A stretch of 63,041 nt of DNA, filler included, from Octopus bimaculoides (GCF_001194135.2; 3 parts of 3 records of this genome joined end to end with filler, not necessarily neighbours in it), one strand, 5' to 3'; positions 26,170 to 38,734 are shown, counted from the first letter of the whole stretch. Numbers and translations are program-made. The notes: generated from the sequence alone by a model not told the origin.

Positions 26170-27900
26170 ACATAAAAAACAAATCCTAAAGCTTTCTATA
26201 AATTCGCAAAGGAAACAACCACAATATAATATAAAATAGGAACATTATTTCAAGGAAATGACTCATTGACGACGGACCCAGAAAGGATTAGTGAGATTCT
26301 CAGTGAACAATTAAAAAGCACCTTTACTTCTCCCTTTGGGCTGAATTCTTTGATATTGCAGCTCTAAAAAAGGAGGGGCCAGCCATCGATTCCATCAAAA
26401 TTGAGGAAACAGATGTTACAGTGACCATAGATGAAATGAGCTCATGCTCCGACGCTGGTCCTGATGGCTTCCCAGCTATTCTCCTTAAGTCATATAAGAA
26501 GGCTTTAGCGAAACCACTTCCGCTACTTTTCCAAAGTTTCCTTGCAAGTGGTATACTTCCTAACAAGATGAAAGGAGGTATTACATCCCTATCCACAAAG
26601 GTGGAAGCAGAGCAGGGGCCAAAAACAATAGGCCAATCTCTCTGACTTCACATATCAGTAAAGTCATACAGCGAATCATAAGAAAGAAGTTGATAATATT
26701 CCTAGAAGAAAATAACTTACTGAACAATACACAGTATTGCTTCCGTCCAAGAAGATGCCTCGCACAGCTCCTACAGCACTATGCCTGAGTTTTCAAACAG
26801 GTGCTTGACTATTCAGATCAACGAGATCTTGGCATTGCTGGTAAACTGCTAGAGGGGCTGCATGACTTCCTTAAAAAACAGACGTTATGTAGTTTCAGCT
26901 AGTGGTAACCATTCTGAAGAGACTCAAATACTAAATGGTGTCCCTCATGGAAATGTTCTGGAGCCATACTGTTCATAATAGCCTTCTTAGACATGCCCAT
27001 TCTCAATCGAACAGCCACTGTCACTAGTTATGCCGATGATACAAATTTATCACAGGCAATAAAAGACCAGGATGATGTCACAAGCTTACAGCGAGACCTA
27101 AATTCAATATACAACTGGGCCGAAATAAACAACATGCAGTGTAATGCTGGACATTTTCAATCACTGCACTATCCACTCACGAGTACAGCACAATCTACAT
27201 ATACAGGACCTGAAGGTACTACAATCCCAGATTCACAGGCAGTGAAAGACTTGGGGATCTGAATATGCAATGACGCATTATTTTATATGCACATTAGCAA
27301 GATGGTATCAAAGTGCAGACAATTGGCAGGATGGATACTGAGGGCCTTCAAGAAAGAGATAAAGAAACTGTTTTGACCCTGTGGAGAACTTTTGTTCTCA
27401 GCTGCCTGGATTACTGCTCCCAGTTATGATCACCACATAGAGTCAAACTAACAGCGGGGATTCAAGCAGTCCAACGCCACTACACTAAAAGTTTGAAATA
27501 GTGCAATGGATGAGTTACAGGGATAGGCTAAGAAAACTACAGCTTTACTCCCTGGATCGAAGGCGTGAGAGATATGCAATAATATACATATGGAAAATCC
27601 TAGAAGGGCCAGTACCTAACTTTGGCATTGTGTGTTATACAATTGCCTGAACTGGCCGTCATTGTATGTACCAAAGGTACCATTCACTCCATCTAAATTC
27701 AGGACCAGGTAATGCAATAGTCTAGGGTTCAAAAGTCCACATCTCCTTAATGCCCTACTACAAAAATTAAGAAAATTGCATAAGGTGGAAATAGATGTCA
27801 TCAAAAAGGAAGGAAACATCCTCTTTTCCACAATACCGGAGGATTCAAGAGCCCGACATAAGATACAGAAGAGAGCAGGGGAATCAAACTCCCTTATGCA
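26170..27900 (+). mobile_element. CR1-group LINE, 5'-truncated RT and 3' end, decayed
   Basis: AGPDGFPAILLK; IHKGG...RPISLTSHISK; GVPHG; VTSYADDTNL; LQRDLNSIYNWAEINNM; KDLGI; LDYCSQL. Frameshifts and stops throughout. Confidence 0.9.
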
Positions 27901-28019
27901 ATGAAATGTACTAAGAGCTGGAACAAAAGTACATAGAGGAGAGGTGATGCGAAATACCTACACTGAGGTAGTGAGAAAGAACATATATATTATATATATA
28001 TATATATGTGTGTGTGTAC

Positions 28020-28078
<59 letters not shown>

Positions 28079-29139
28079 NNNNNNNNNNNNNNNNNNNNNN
28101 NNNNNNNNNNNNNNNNNNNNNNNNNNNNNNNNNNNNNNNNNNNNNNNNNNNNNNNNNNNNNNNNNNNNNNNNNNNNNNNNNNNNNNNNNNNNNNNNNNNN
28201 NNNNNNNNNNNNNNNNNNNNNNNNNNNNNNNNNNNNNNNNNNNNNNNNNNNNNNNNNNNNNNNNNNNNNNNNNNNNNNNNNNNNNNNNNNNNNNNNNNNN
28301 NNNNNNNNNNNNNNNNNNNNNNNNNNNNNNNNNNNNNNNNNNNNNNNNNNNNNNNNNNNNNNNNNNNNNNNNNNNNNNNNNNNNNNNNNNNNNNNNNNNN
28401 NNNNNNNNNNNNNNNNNNNNNNNNNNNNNNNNNNNNNNNNNNNNNNNNNNNNNNNNNNNNNNNNNNNNNNNNNNNNNNNNNNNNNNNNNNNNNNNNNNNN
28501 NNNNNNNNNNNNNNNNNNNNNNNNNNNNNNNNNNNNNNNNNNNNNNNNNNNNNNNNNNNNNNNNNNNNNNNNNNNNNNNNNNNNNNNNNNNNNNNNNNNN
28601 NNNNNNNNNNNNNNNNNNNNNNNNNNNNNNNNNNNNNNNNNNNNNNNNNNNNNNNNNNNNNNNNNNNNNNNNNNNNNNNNNNNNNNNNNNNNNNNNNNNN
28701 NNNNNNNNNNNNNNNNNNNNNNNNNNNNNNNNNNNNNNNNNNNNNNNNNNNNNNNNNNNNNNNNNNNNNNNNNNNNNNNNNNNNNNNNNNNNNNNNNNNN
28801 NNNNNNNNNNNNNNNNNNNNNNNNNNNNNNNNNNNNNNNNNNNNNNNNNNNNNNNNNNNNNNNNNNNNNNNNNNNNNNNNNNNNNNNNNNNNNNNNNNNN
28901 NNNNNNNNNNNNNNNNNNNNNNNNNNNNNNNNNNNNNNNNNNNNNNNNNNNNNNNNNNNNNNNNNNNNNNNNNNNNNNNNNNNNNNNNNNCCGTTCATTT
29001 GGCAATGACCAAGCGTGAGACCAGTGTTTTCTATAGCAATGTTTTTCATAATTAAGAAATAGTTGTTTTAATATTGATCACGTTTGCAAGAGAAAATGTC
29101 AAGAAGTGTTTGTCGTATCAATTCTGCACTGCAGTATCA

Positions 29140-29255
29140 ATCCATTTTTGTGAAATGTTGCTCTTGCAGTAATCTTCTCCTTTTGGTGTAAGCTTCTATC
29201 CATTTTTGTGAAATGTTGTTCATGCAGTAATGATCTCCTTTTGGTGTAAGCAACT
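29140..29255. repeat. 58-bp imperfect tandem duplication
   Basis: ATCCATTTTTGTGAAATGTTG...TGCAGTAAT..TCTCCTTTTGGTGTAAGC starting at 29140 and 29198. Confidence 0.85.
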
Positions 29256-30095
29256 GATACCACCATTTTGCCAGCATATTTAACGATGGTGATCAATTTT
29301 ATAATAATTTCACTTACCTGAGTTGTGTATGAGGAACATTTGTTTTTTAAATAGATTAGCATGACGTATGATATGTTATATTATATTGTTGTACACCGTG
29401 GCTCTTCTACATATGTAGCTGTTTTTTAATACTGCAATATTTCCATTTTTTTTCAACCATACTCTGTTGGTTTCTATGGTTTTCCACGAAAGATGGACTT
29501 GTGTTTCATTCGCCTTGTTTTTCACTCGGTCTATTACAATTCTGAAATAGACCGTTATAGCTTGATAGAATTTTTTATTGGTACGAAAGTTGTACTTTTC
29601 AATCATGGCTCAGATTTCTCAGTCCACATCATCATGACAAGATTATATACCGGTAAGTCAATTACAATTTAGTTGCAGCACTTTCACTTTTACTTCGTAT
29701 GCATATTATAAAAGCCAGTTTGTAATATACATAAATCGTATATTTTCATGCATCTGTGTTATATCTGATAGTCTAAGTACTATATTCACAAAAAGTTTTT
29801 TAGAAAAACCCAAATTTATATCCGATATATTTCCCTACCTTGTTACGTTGCATAGTTTCAAACGATGCGTAAAAGCCTTATGTTGTATGTATAGATATGC
29901 GCACACACACATACGTACAAACACACACATACGTACAAACACACACGTGAGTGTGTGGGTGAGTGTATAGTTGATCACAACCGTCCGACGAACCGGAATG
30001 TGAAACTCTGAGTTACAGTTTGTTGTGATGCCTTTGCAACTTTAAGAAAAGGCTTATCAGTGGATTTGGTGGGCGGAAACTGAAAGAAGCTCATC

Positions 30096-30135
<40 letters not shown>

Positions 30136-30396
30136 TAGTATATTGCCACTTAAGTGTGGCTGACCCCTAGGGGTGGATGTTACTGTTGCTTTTAGCCCCA
30201 GGAGGACATCTCCTCCAGCTGGCTTATCGACACACGACTGTGTCCTGTTTGCCAAGGGAAGTTATCCCTCTCACCTCGATCAGCAGCACGAACGTATCCG
30301 GATTTCAGGGTTATTTCCCTTCGTCGGCGTTCGACAGCTGATGACCTTGGTGNNNNNNNNNNNNNNNNNNNNNNNNNNNNNNNNNNNNNNNNNNNN

Positions 30397-30408
30397 TTAA
30401 TTAATTAA
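30397..30408. other. Artificial six-frame-stop spacer TTAATTAATTAA inside a 100-bp gap
   Basis: 44 N + 12 bp + 44 N; identical construct at 56375-56386. Confidence 0.85.
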
Positions 30409-30452
30409 NNNNNNNNNNNNNNNNNNNNNNNNNNNNNNNNNNNNNNNNNNNN

Positions 30453-30465
30453 CACCACCGCCACC

Positions 30466-30533
<68 letters not shown>

Positions 30534-30800
30534 CACTGCTGTTGCTGTGTCTACCGCCTGTGTTTGTGATGCTTCTTCTACTACACTTCCTAGTATTACC
30601 AGTATTTTGAACACATTTATTTGTTAATTTCATGTTTTAAACTTCTATTCCGCTTCTCATCATTACAACCTGTTTCGTGACCACCACAAATGCCATCAAC
30701 ACGATCGCTACTACCACGATCGTCACCACCACCCCACCACCATCTTATCATCATCATTGTTATCGTCATCATCATTATAATCATTTTCATGGTCATTGTT
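30453..30800. repeat. (CAC)n(TAC)n and (CAC/CAT)n trinucleotide tracts
   Basis: Visible at about 30453-30540 and 30690-30800. Confidence 0.85.
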
Positions 30801-31374
30801 ATCATACATTTCTTCGTCGCATATACATATATTCATCATCACGTTCATTTTCTATAAATGTATTTATGATTGTGTCGCTGACGTTCATATATATATATTT
30901 ATAATTGCCTTTTCGCCAATATTAGAACTTATCATTATATTTATTACTATAAAGGAGCGACAGGCGAAACACCTAGAGTTAATTAGCTGCTGTTGATTGA
31001 AAACCTTGTTTCAAATTTCGCTGTAGTTGACTTTGATTTATGTTCGTCCATGTTGATAAATTAAATACTGATATAATGTGACCGCAATAAATTTTCTTGG
31101 CATTGTCATTCTGTACAGCATTGTTATGTTTGTTGCTGTTATTATTATTTTTGTTATTATTCTTATACTTTTGCGTATTATTATTAATATTCGGTAGTGT
31201 TATGTTTATCACGTGTTTTCACTGCACTACGGAGGACCTATATATGTGTCTTGGTCCTGCGTTTGCTTTGGTATTATTTTCACTGCATTGAAAGTGGTTT
31301 ACGTAGGACGTGTGCAGTGTCTAGTAGTGCTGTTTTCGGTATGTTACATATATTTGTAAGTTATGGTGGTGTAT

Positions 31375-32030
31375 TTGTTTACACTTTTACACTTACAGGT
31401 ACACTTTTACACTTTTACATGTTTCAGTCATTTAAGTGCGGCCATGCTGGATCACCGCCTTCCTTTAGTCGAGCAAATCGATCCCAAGACTTATCCTTTG
31501 GATGCCTAGTATTTATACTATCGCTAAATTACGGGGACTTAAACACACCACCATCGGTTGTCGAGCGATGTTGGGGGACAAACACAGACATCCAAACATG
31601 TACACACACACACACACATACACATACACACACACATGCACACACGCACACACACACACACACACACACACNNNNNNNNNNNNNNNNNNNNNNNNNNNNN
31701 NNNNNNNNNNNNNNNNNNNNNNNNNNNNNNNNNNNNNNNNNNNNNNNNNNNNNNNNNNNNNNNNNNNNNNNNNNNNNNNNNNNNNNNNNNNNNNNNNNNN
31801 NNNNNNNNNNNNNNNNNNNNNNNNNNNNNNNNNNNNNNNNNNNNNNNNNNNNNNNNNNNNATATACATATATACGACGGTCTACTTTCAGTTTCCGTTTA
31901 CCAAATCCACTCACTAGGGTTTGGTCAGCCCGAGGCTATAGTAGAAAACACTTGCCCAGGGTGCCACGCAGTGGGAATGAACCCGGAACCATGTAGTTGG
32001 TAATCAAGATACGTACCACACAACCACTCG
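31375..32030 (-). mobile_element. S3 SINE with internal microsatellite spanning a gap
   Basis: (TTTTACAC)n-like tail, CAGTCATTTAAGTGCGGCCATGCTGG, (CA)n plus gap 31672-31860, CCGTTTACCAAATCCACTCAC, GTGCCACGCAGTGGGAATGAACCCGGAACCATG head. Confidence 0.85.
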
Positions 32031-34506
32031 TACATGTTTTTTTTTAAACCAAACTCAATGCTACTATTATTAGAGGGATTCATTTCTGTTTCCATCTCCT
32101 CATTCGAGATATCCCTATTTTCAAGCCTTTGTACTCACAGTGTTTCTTTTTGTTTCCTTTAGATAGATATCTTTAACGTATTGCAACTGATATGACGATT
32201 AGAAAGCATTTTACTTTCTTACCTCTCACTGATGACAATATCTTGCTAGTTAGCCTTCCTCTATCTATTTATGTGTGAGGGCATATCACAGACTATGGTT
32301 GCTTTGACTTATTCTAAGACCTTGTTTTGAAATATGCATAGAGCAGTTTTTTTTCTTATCTCATTACATGGCGCTGCTACAGCCATTAGTGTGTATACGT
32401 TCTAACACTCTCAAGTTTATAGTTATATTTCTTCTTAGCCAGGGCTGGGCAACCAAAGACAATAGGATTTATTGTTTCTTACCCATTACCACATATTCCG
32501 CAATTCTTNNNNNNNNNNNNNNNNNNNNNNNNNNNNNNNNNNNNNNNNNNNNNNNNNNNNNNNNNNNNNNNNNNNNNNNNNNNNNNNNNNNNNNNNNNNN
32601 NNNNNNNNNNNNNNNNNNNNNNNNNNNNNNNNNNNNNNNNNNNNNNNNNNNNNNNNNNNNNNNNNNNNNNNNNNNNNNNNNNNNNNNNNNNNNNNNNNNN
32701 NNNNNNNNNNNNNNNNNNNNNNNNNNNNNNNNNNNNNNNNNNNNNNNNNNNNNNNNNNNNNNNNNNNNNNNNNNNNNNNNNNNNNNNNNNNNNNNNNNNN
32801 NNNNNNNNNNNNNNNNNNNNNNNNNNNNNNNNNNNNNNNNNNNNNNNNNNNNNNNNNNNNNNNNNNNNNNNNNNNNNNNNNNNNNNNNNNNNNNNNNNNN
32901 NNNNNNNNNNNNNNNNNNNNNNNNNNNNNNNNNNNNNNNNNNNNNNNNNNNNNNNNNNNNNNNNNNNNNNNNNNNNNNNNNNNNNNNNNNNNNNNNNNNN
33001 NNNNNNNNNNNNNNNNNNNNNNNNNNNNNNNNNNNNNNNNNNNNNNNNNNNNNNNNNNNNNNNNNNNNNNNNNNNNNNNNNNNNNNNNNNNNNNNNNNNN
33101 NNNNNNNNNNNNNNNNNNNNNNNNNNNNNNNNNNNNNNNNNNNNNNNNNNNNNNNNNNNNNNNNNNNNNNNNNNNNNNNNNNNNNNNNNNNNNNNNNNNN
33201 NNNNNNNNNNNNNNNNNNNNNNNNNNNNNNNNNNNNNNNNNNNNNNNNNNNNNNNNNNNNNNNNNNNNNNNNNNNNNNNNNNNNNNNNNNNNNNNNNNNN
33301 NNNNNNNNNNNNNNNNNNNNNNNNNNNNNNNNNNNNNNNNNNNNNNNNNNNNNNNNNNNNNNNNNNNNNNNNNNNNNNNNNNNNNNNNNNNNNNNNNNNN
33401 NNNNNNNNNNNNNNNNNNNNNNNNNNNNNNNNNNNNNNNNNNNNNNNNNNNNNNNNNNNNNNNNNNNNNNNNNNNNNNNNNNNNNNNNNNNNNNNNNNNN
33501 NACCACATATTCCGCAAGTCTTTATTGTATTTATCTTAATTATGTGATTTTGTTGTTTTGTGGTGAAGCGTCTTTGATCTTGTGCCGCAATTAAATCCCT
33601 TCAGAATCTGCTCCCAAGTTTCTCAACTATTATTGGGATTTCACTTTTATCTGTTTCATCCCAGGTTTTGTCATATAAGGCCTTTGTTGCCATCATTTTA
33701 TCATGGCAGTTTGAACTTCCAGTTATAGCTTAGATTTTAGTTTCTGTACAGTTATTGTTTTTTTCTTCTTTTTCTTCTTAGTCGTCTGGCATTAAGACCT
33801 CTTTCTGGCATTTCTTGGTTTCCTTAAAGAAAAAAAAAATGTTCACTCGTGTACTAACTGACAATGGTTATGAATAAGTTATGTTGGTATTTTATGGTGT
33901 ATGTTTTATAGTGCGTTTCTAGTTGAATAAGGTACACTTAATTGCTTGTATAATTAAACATTCTACGTCAGCTTTTGCGTGGTGTATTCTAAATTCGGCC
34001 AATATTTTTTCTTAGCAGCGCCTTAAATAATCTAGTTAAAAATTCTAGCCAAACACAGGGAATCGTCTCGTGCCCTCGTACATCCTAAATGTTCAATTTT
34101 TGCTGTACCTGGCTTGCCTCTTCCGTTGTTATGAGATTTGTTCAGGTGTTGTGCGTTTCGCTTCAATTGGTCTCTTCTGGAGTAGTTCCTTCATTATCCT
34201 TAATTATCTGCGCAAAATTTCCACCTCTCCTGCAGCTGAAGTTGTATTGATCACATTTCATTTTTCTCCGAGTCCTGGATAAAACCGTTCAATTTGGATT
34301 TAAACTTGAAAGAACAACCATTCAGAAGCTAATACCAGATACTAATCCTTAGTATGCCGCTAGGGGCGACATCTACGTCTCCAATTATGTACAATGAGTA
34401 TCAAACTCGGTAAAACTTTGGAAAGATATTTCCAAAAGATACTGCACATTGACTTACGATGTTCCAACATTTTCATAGCCCATTTAATGCAGAAATATGC
34501 AAAACC

Positions 34507-34542
<36 letters not shown>

Positions 34543-35229
34543 TGTATATGTGTATAAATGTGTATGCNNNNNNNNNNNNNNNNNNNNNNNNNNNNNNNNN
34601 NNNNNNNNNNNNNNNNNNNNNNNNNNNNNNNNNNNNNNNNNNNNNNNNNNNNNNNNNNNNNNNNNNNNNNNNNNNNNNNNNNNNNNNNNNNNNNNNNNNN
34701 NNNNNNNNNNNNNNNNNNNNNNNNNNNNNNNNNNNNNNNNNNNNNNNNNNNNNNNNNNNNNNNNNNNNNNNNNNNNNNNNNNNNNNNNNNNNNNNNNNNN
34801 NNNNNNNNNNNNNNNNNNNNNNNNNNNNNNNNNNNNNNNNNNNNNNNNNNNNNNNNNNNNNNNNNNNNNNNNNNNNNNNNNNNNNNNNNNNNNNNNNNNN
34901 NNNNNNNNNNNNNNNNNNNNNNNNNNNNNNNNNNNNNNNNNNNNNNNNNNNNNNNNNNNNNNNNNNNNNNNNNNNNNNNNNNNNNNNNNNNNNNNNNNNN
35001 NNNNNNNNNNNNNNNNNNNNNNNNNNNNNNNNNNNNNNNNNNNNNNNNNNNNNNNNNNNNNNNNNNNNNNNNNNNNNNNNNNNNNNNNNNNNNNNNNNNN
35101 NNNNNNNNNNNNNNNACACACACACACACACACACACACACCCACTCCTACACGCAAAAATCCACTCAAATGCAATCAGTTATGTACATCTATATGGATT
35201 ACGTGAAACTGCTTTACATTTTTTAACAG

Positions 35230-35338
35230 GCTTTTTATTTTACATATCTACGCATGATGACATTGTAAATTCTATGGCAAACTTCTTAACTCCATTGGTA
35301 ACTGTTCTACTTCTTTATTCTTCCATATTCTTGCAGAA
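35230..35338 (+). CDS. Candidate 109-nt exon of a membrane protein (G-FLFYISTHDDIVNSMANFLTPLVTVLLLYSSIFLQK)
   Basis: Acceptor CTTTACATTTTTTAACAG|G, open frame with a hydrophobic helix, donor AA|GTGAGT. Confidence 0.33.
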
Positions 35339-36044
35339 GTGAGTCGTTGCTTCTTTACCAAAATATCTAAAATACATCTTCGTGAGAGTCACATATGTCT
35401 TGTTGCTTGTGAAGGTTTTGTTTTATAGCGTACGTCCTGCATTGTGATGTGGTAAAATTATTACTTCCGTCAATATCATATTACTTGGAAAATTTATAAA
35501 CGTCACTAATGGTTTCTTATTACGTCTAAGTTTCTATTGTGTGACGTAATGATGTATTATTGATCCGTATTTTGAACAATTTGGAAGAAAGCGTGTGATG
35601 CTTAATTTTATGTACAACGTAATCGTTCTAACAACGATTACAAGCTTCTGTATTGTATTCGTATTAATTGATGATATTCTTCAGAACCTAATGCGGACGT
35701 TGACCTAATAGTTGGTTACTCTGTATTTAGTATGTAAAATTCAAACAAAATGAATGCATATAATGAGTGTGTTTCCATTATGTGTTATACAAAGTATTAT
35801 TTATATTGTATTGCTGAATTATTGTAATATTCTATGAACTGCTTTTTTAATGTGAAAATGAGGTTTGTTATTGTTTAGAGTATATTCGGTTCGGATTTTT
35901 TATTTTTGATTTGTAATTACTGGTTCGTTGACATTTACTTAAGGACTTTGTCACACTAACACACATATTTATAGCTTCGTTAATATATTCGGTTTCTCTT
36001 TCATTCTCAGTCGTGCGTGTTTGTGTCTGTGTGCGTGTGTGCCT

Positions 36045-36265
36045 GTGTGTGTATGTATTTATGTGTCTGTGTTTGTTCTCCTCCTCACCATCGCTTGCCA
36101 ACCGATGTTGCTGTGTTTAAGTCCACGATACATAACGGTTCGGCAAAAGGGTCCGATAGAATAAGGTCTGGCAACAATTCCCGGAATTGATTTGTTCGAC
36201 TAAAGGCGGCACTCCAGCATGGCTGCAGTCAAAATCAGTGAAAGAAGTAAATAAAAAATAAAATA
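36045..36265 (+). mobile_element. S3 SINE, 3' half
   Basis: CATCGCTTGCCAACCGATGTTG...AACGGTTCGGCAAAAGGGTCCGATAGAATAAG...CGACTAAAGGCGGCACTCCAGCATGGC. Confidence 0.8.
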
Positions 36266-37216
36266 ATTTATATATATATATNNNNNNNNNNTAAACATAT
36301 AGGGATCAACATGAGTTGCGTCACCAACATACTGAAATTTTAGAAATGAATACTTTTATAACCGAAACGTTGCTAAGAAGCTTTATATTGCGAGTGAAGT
36401 CCATGAAAATAATAAAAAAACCTACACCAGATCATTATCATGTCTGAGACATAAATAGAGAGTAAAATATAACTCAAGATTTCAGCTTCCTACACAGATA
36501 TCCAACATTATTTAGACATATACTGATTGAATATGTTGTACTCGGGCGGGAGAAATCATTAACCTACGTATTTCAACTATTAATATCCATCATAACGATT
36601 AAATTGAACATAATATACTTGCGATTTTTTAAATGTGCGAGATTAAATGTAGCATTTTATGAACAATAACCTTAATGTAAAGAACACGCTAAAAGAAAAC
36701 AAAAATTCATTGCACAAAAAGAAAATGACCATTTGAATAATTACACCTTTCAAGACATACCTTGATCTGCAATACTACGTATATGATTTAATTCACCATC
36801 AACTGTAAAATTACAATGTTAATTTAGCAGGTGTTAAGGATAGATTCTTCTGAGCAATTTGAAATCGTAAGCAAGTTAAGGCCCACTGTGAAAATGGCCA
36901 ATATTGTTTACTGAGAAATAGACCAGCAACTAGAGGGCATGGTTATGCAAACATCCCGTACAAACATCCCAAATAATTGTAATTCATAAGCCAGTTCAAT
37001 TTGTTTAAACGTATAATTTAATGTCAGAATAGCGACTATAGTACAATATGTCTTGAGGGTACTGAATTTAATACATCTGGTAATATTTCCACAATATCAC
37101 TAAATGTACTATTCAATGTTACCTCACATCCCTCTGCAGACAAGTTTCTTCTAACTTAAAAAAAGGTAAAACTTCCTACTGTTTTCTTGTGTATACAATA
37201 CCTATATATTTTGTAG

Positions 37217-37342
37217 GTGATTGATTTTGTTTCGGCATATGAAGAGCTAATTCATACCATTCATATGGCACTGGCAATGCGAAACGAAACCGGCACTCGG
37301 CTGTATAACTACTGGTACGATGGTCGCATAACTCCATTATAA
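37217..37342 (+). CDS. Candidate terminal exon (VIDFVSAYEELIHTIHMALAMRNETGTRLYNYWYDGRITPL*)
   Basis: CTAAC branch-like motif at 37151-37155, acceptor TATATTTTGTAG|G, 42-codon frame in a locally GC/CpG-richer patch; only phase 0 is open. Confidence 0.33.
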   Translation: MIDFVSAYEELIHTIHMALAMRNETGTRLYNYWYDGRITPL

Positions 37343-38734
37343 ATTGCGCTTTCGATACAGCACGAAGAGATTTTCTCTCTGGTAAAATCTATAGCATCAT
37401 GACTTTAAATGATGCAAACGCTCAATTGAGTACAGTGTACTGATGCTTTTTTAAAAATATTTACCACTAATAATAATCTTATATAATAATATAACCAAAT
37501 ATAATATTCGTGATTCCATTTTGTAAAGTTTCTAAAATTTACTTGTGCTTGGAAGCGTGATTTGTATTAATAGACTATGAGTCCAGCTCCTCGCGAAATA
37601 CATTCTCTCTATTTGAAACTGAAGACCATACTCTTATTTTATGCATTAATGAATACAGATTTATCAAAATTTTCAATCGAAACTTTCAGAACATATTGCA
37701 AAATATTTTTTAACAAATCTCGTTTTTATCGATAGATTTTCTTGTAAGCTTTGGAGCGTGTGTTTGCATTTTTTTGCTCTCAAACATTCTATGATTTTCA
37801 CGAGATAAGCTAACATCTATGTAAGCCGAAGAAATATTTTCCCGAATTGTTTTTGACATTATCATAACAAAAAAGTAAGTTAAGCAGTTTATGTTTCGTT
37901 TTGTATATTTTATTTCGTCTATTATAATTTTTCATTATGATATTGCTTTTGACAAATTCAGAGACAATCTTTTAAGATTATATGTGTGTTACTGTTTAAT
38001 TATAACATGTTTGTTGTTGGCAATTTTTTTAATGTTGAAGGAAAAATTTTAATTCTAATTCACATAATCCAGAAATTATCTGCAATTTATTTAGATTGCT
38101 ACAGTTAAATTGTATTTTCCAAGGAGAATAAAGTTACTCTCTGACATTCTTGTTTTAAGTTTTTCTGTTACTTTCTTTCCTCTCTCTCTCTCTACGAAGT
38201 TAAATATGACTATCTCTCTTCCCGCTCTTTCTCACATTTTATAGGCATGCGCATATGTAATCAGGTACACATACTCACCACACACACACGCACATACACA
38301 CACATACACACACATACACTCACCTATCGAATGAAATTTGTTTTTCTCTTGTATAAGTGTTCTATTCAACACTCTCGCTCTCTCTTTCCCTTTCATTCTC
38401 TCCAAGCAGATTTAATAAACTTACTGTCTAAAGTCTAAGGGTATAAATTTTCATTTTATCCCAAGAATGTTTAATTCGTGGATATATTTTCATAATCAAC
38501 AATAAATATTCAATGTTTTTTTGTTTCTCTCTCATTCTATCCTCTACAAGATATGTAACACTGCTCTCTTACTCCGTTTTGTTTCTTCTTTGTCGATGAA
38601 TTATTTCTTTTTCTGTTGCCTGTGAATTATGAATCATCTACTAAGTACACCAAAAGTAAATATATGTATGTTTTACCCAAAACTCTCCACCAAGCAAGCT
38701 AATTGCGAATATCTTATAGAATAAGTAATTCCAA

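Noticed and set aside
29140-29255. Tandem unit as a CRISPR-like array or C2H2 zinc-finger repeat
   Set aside because: Only two units, no spacers, 58 bp is not a codon multiple, and there is no HTGEKP linker.
35619-35641. 9-bp perfect hairpin with CTAAC loop
   Set aside because: Isolated, and the downstream acceptor gives no phase-compatible exon.
34355-36945. CTCF-like words GCCGCTAGGGGCGAC (~34357) and CAACTAGAGGGCA (~36927)
   Set aside because: Partial matches expected by chance in 63 kb; no supporting context.
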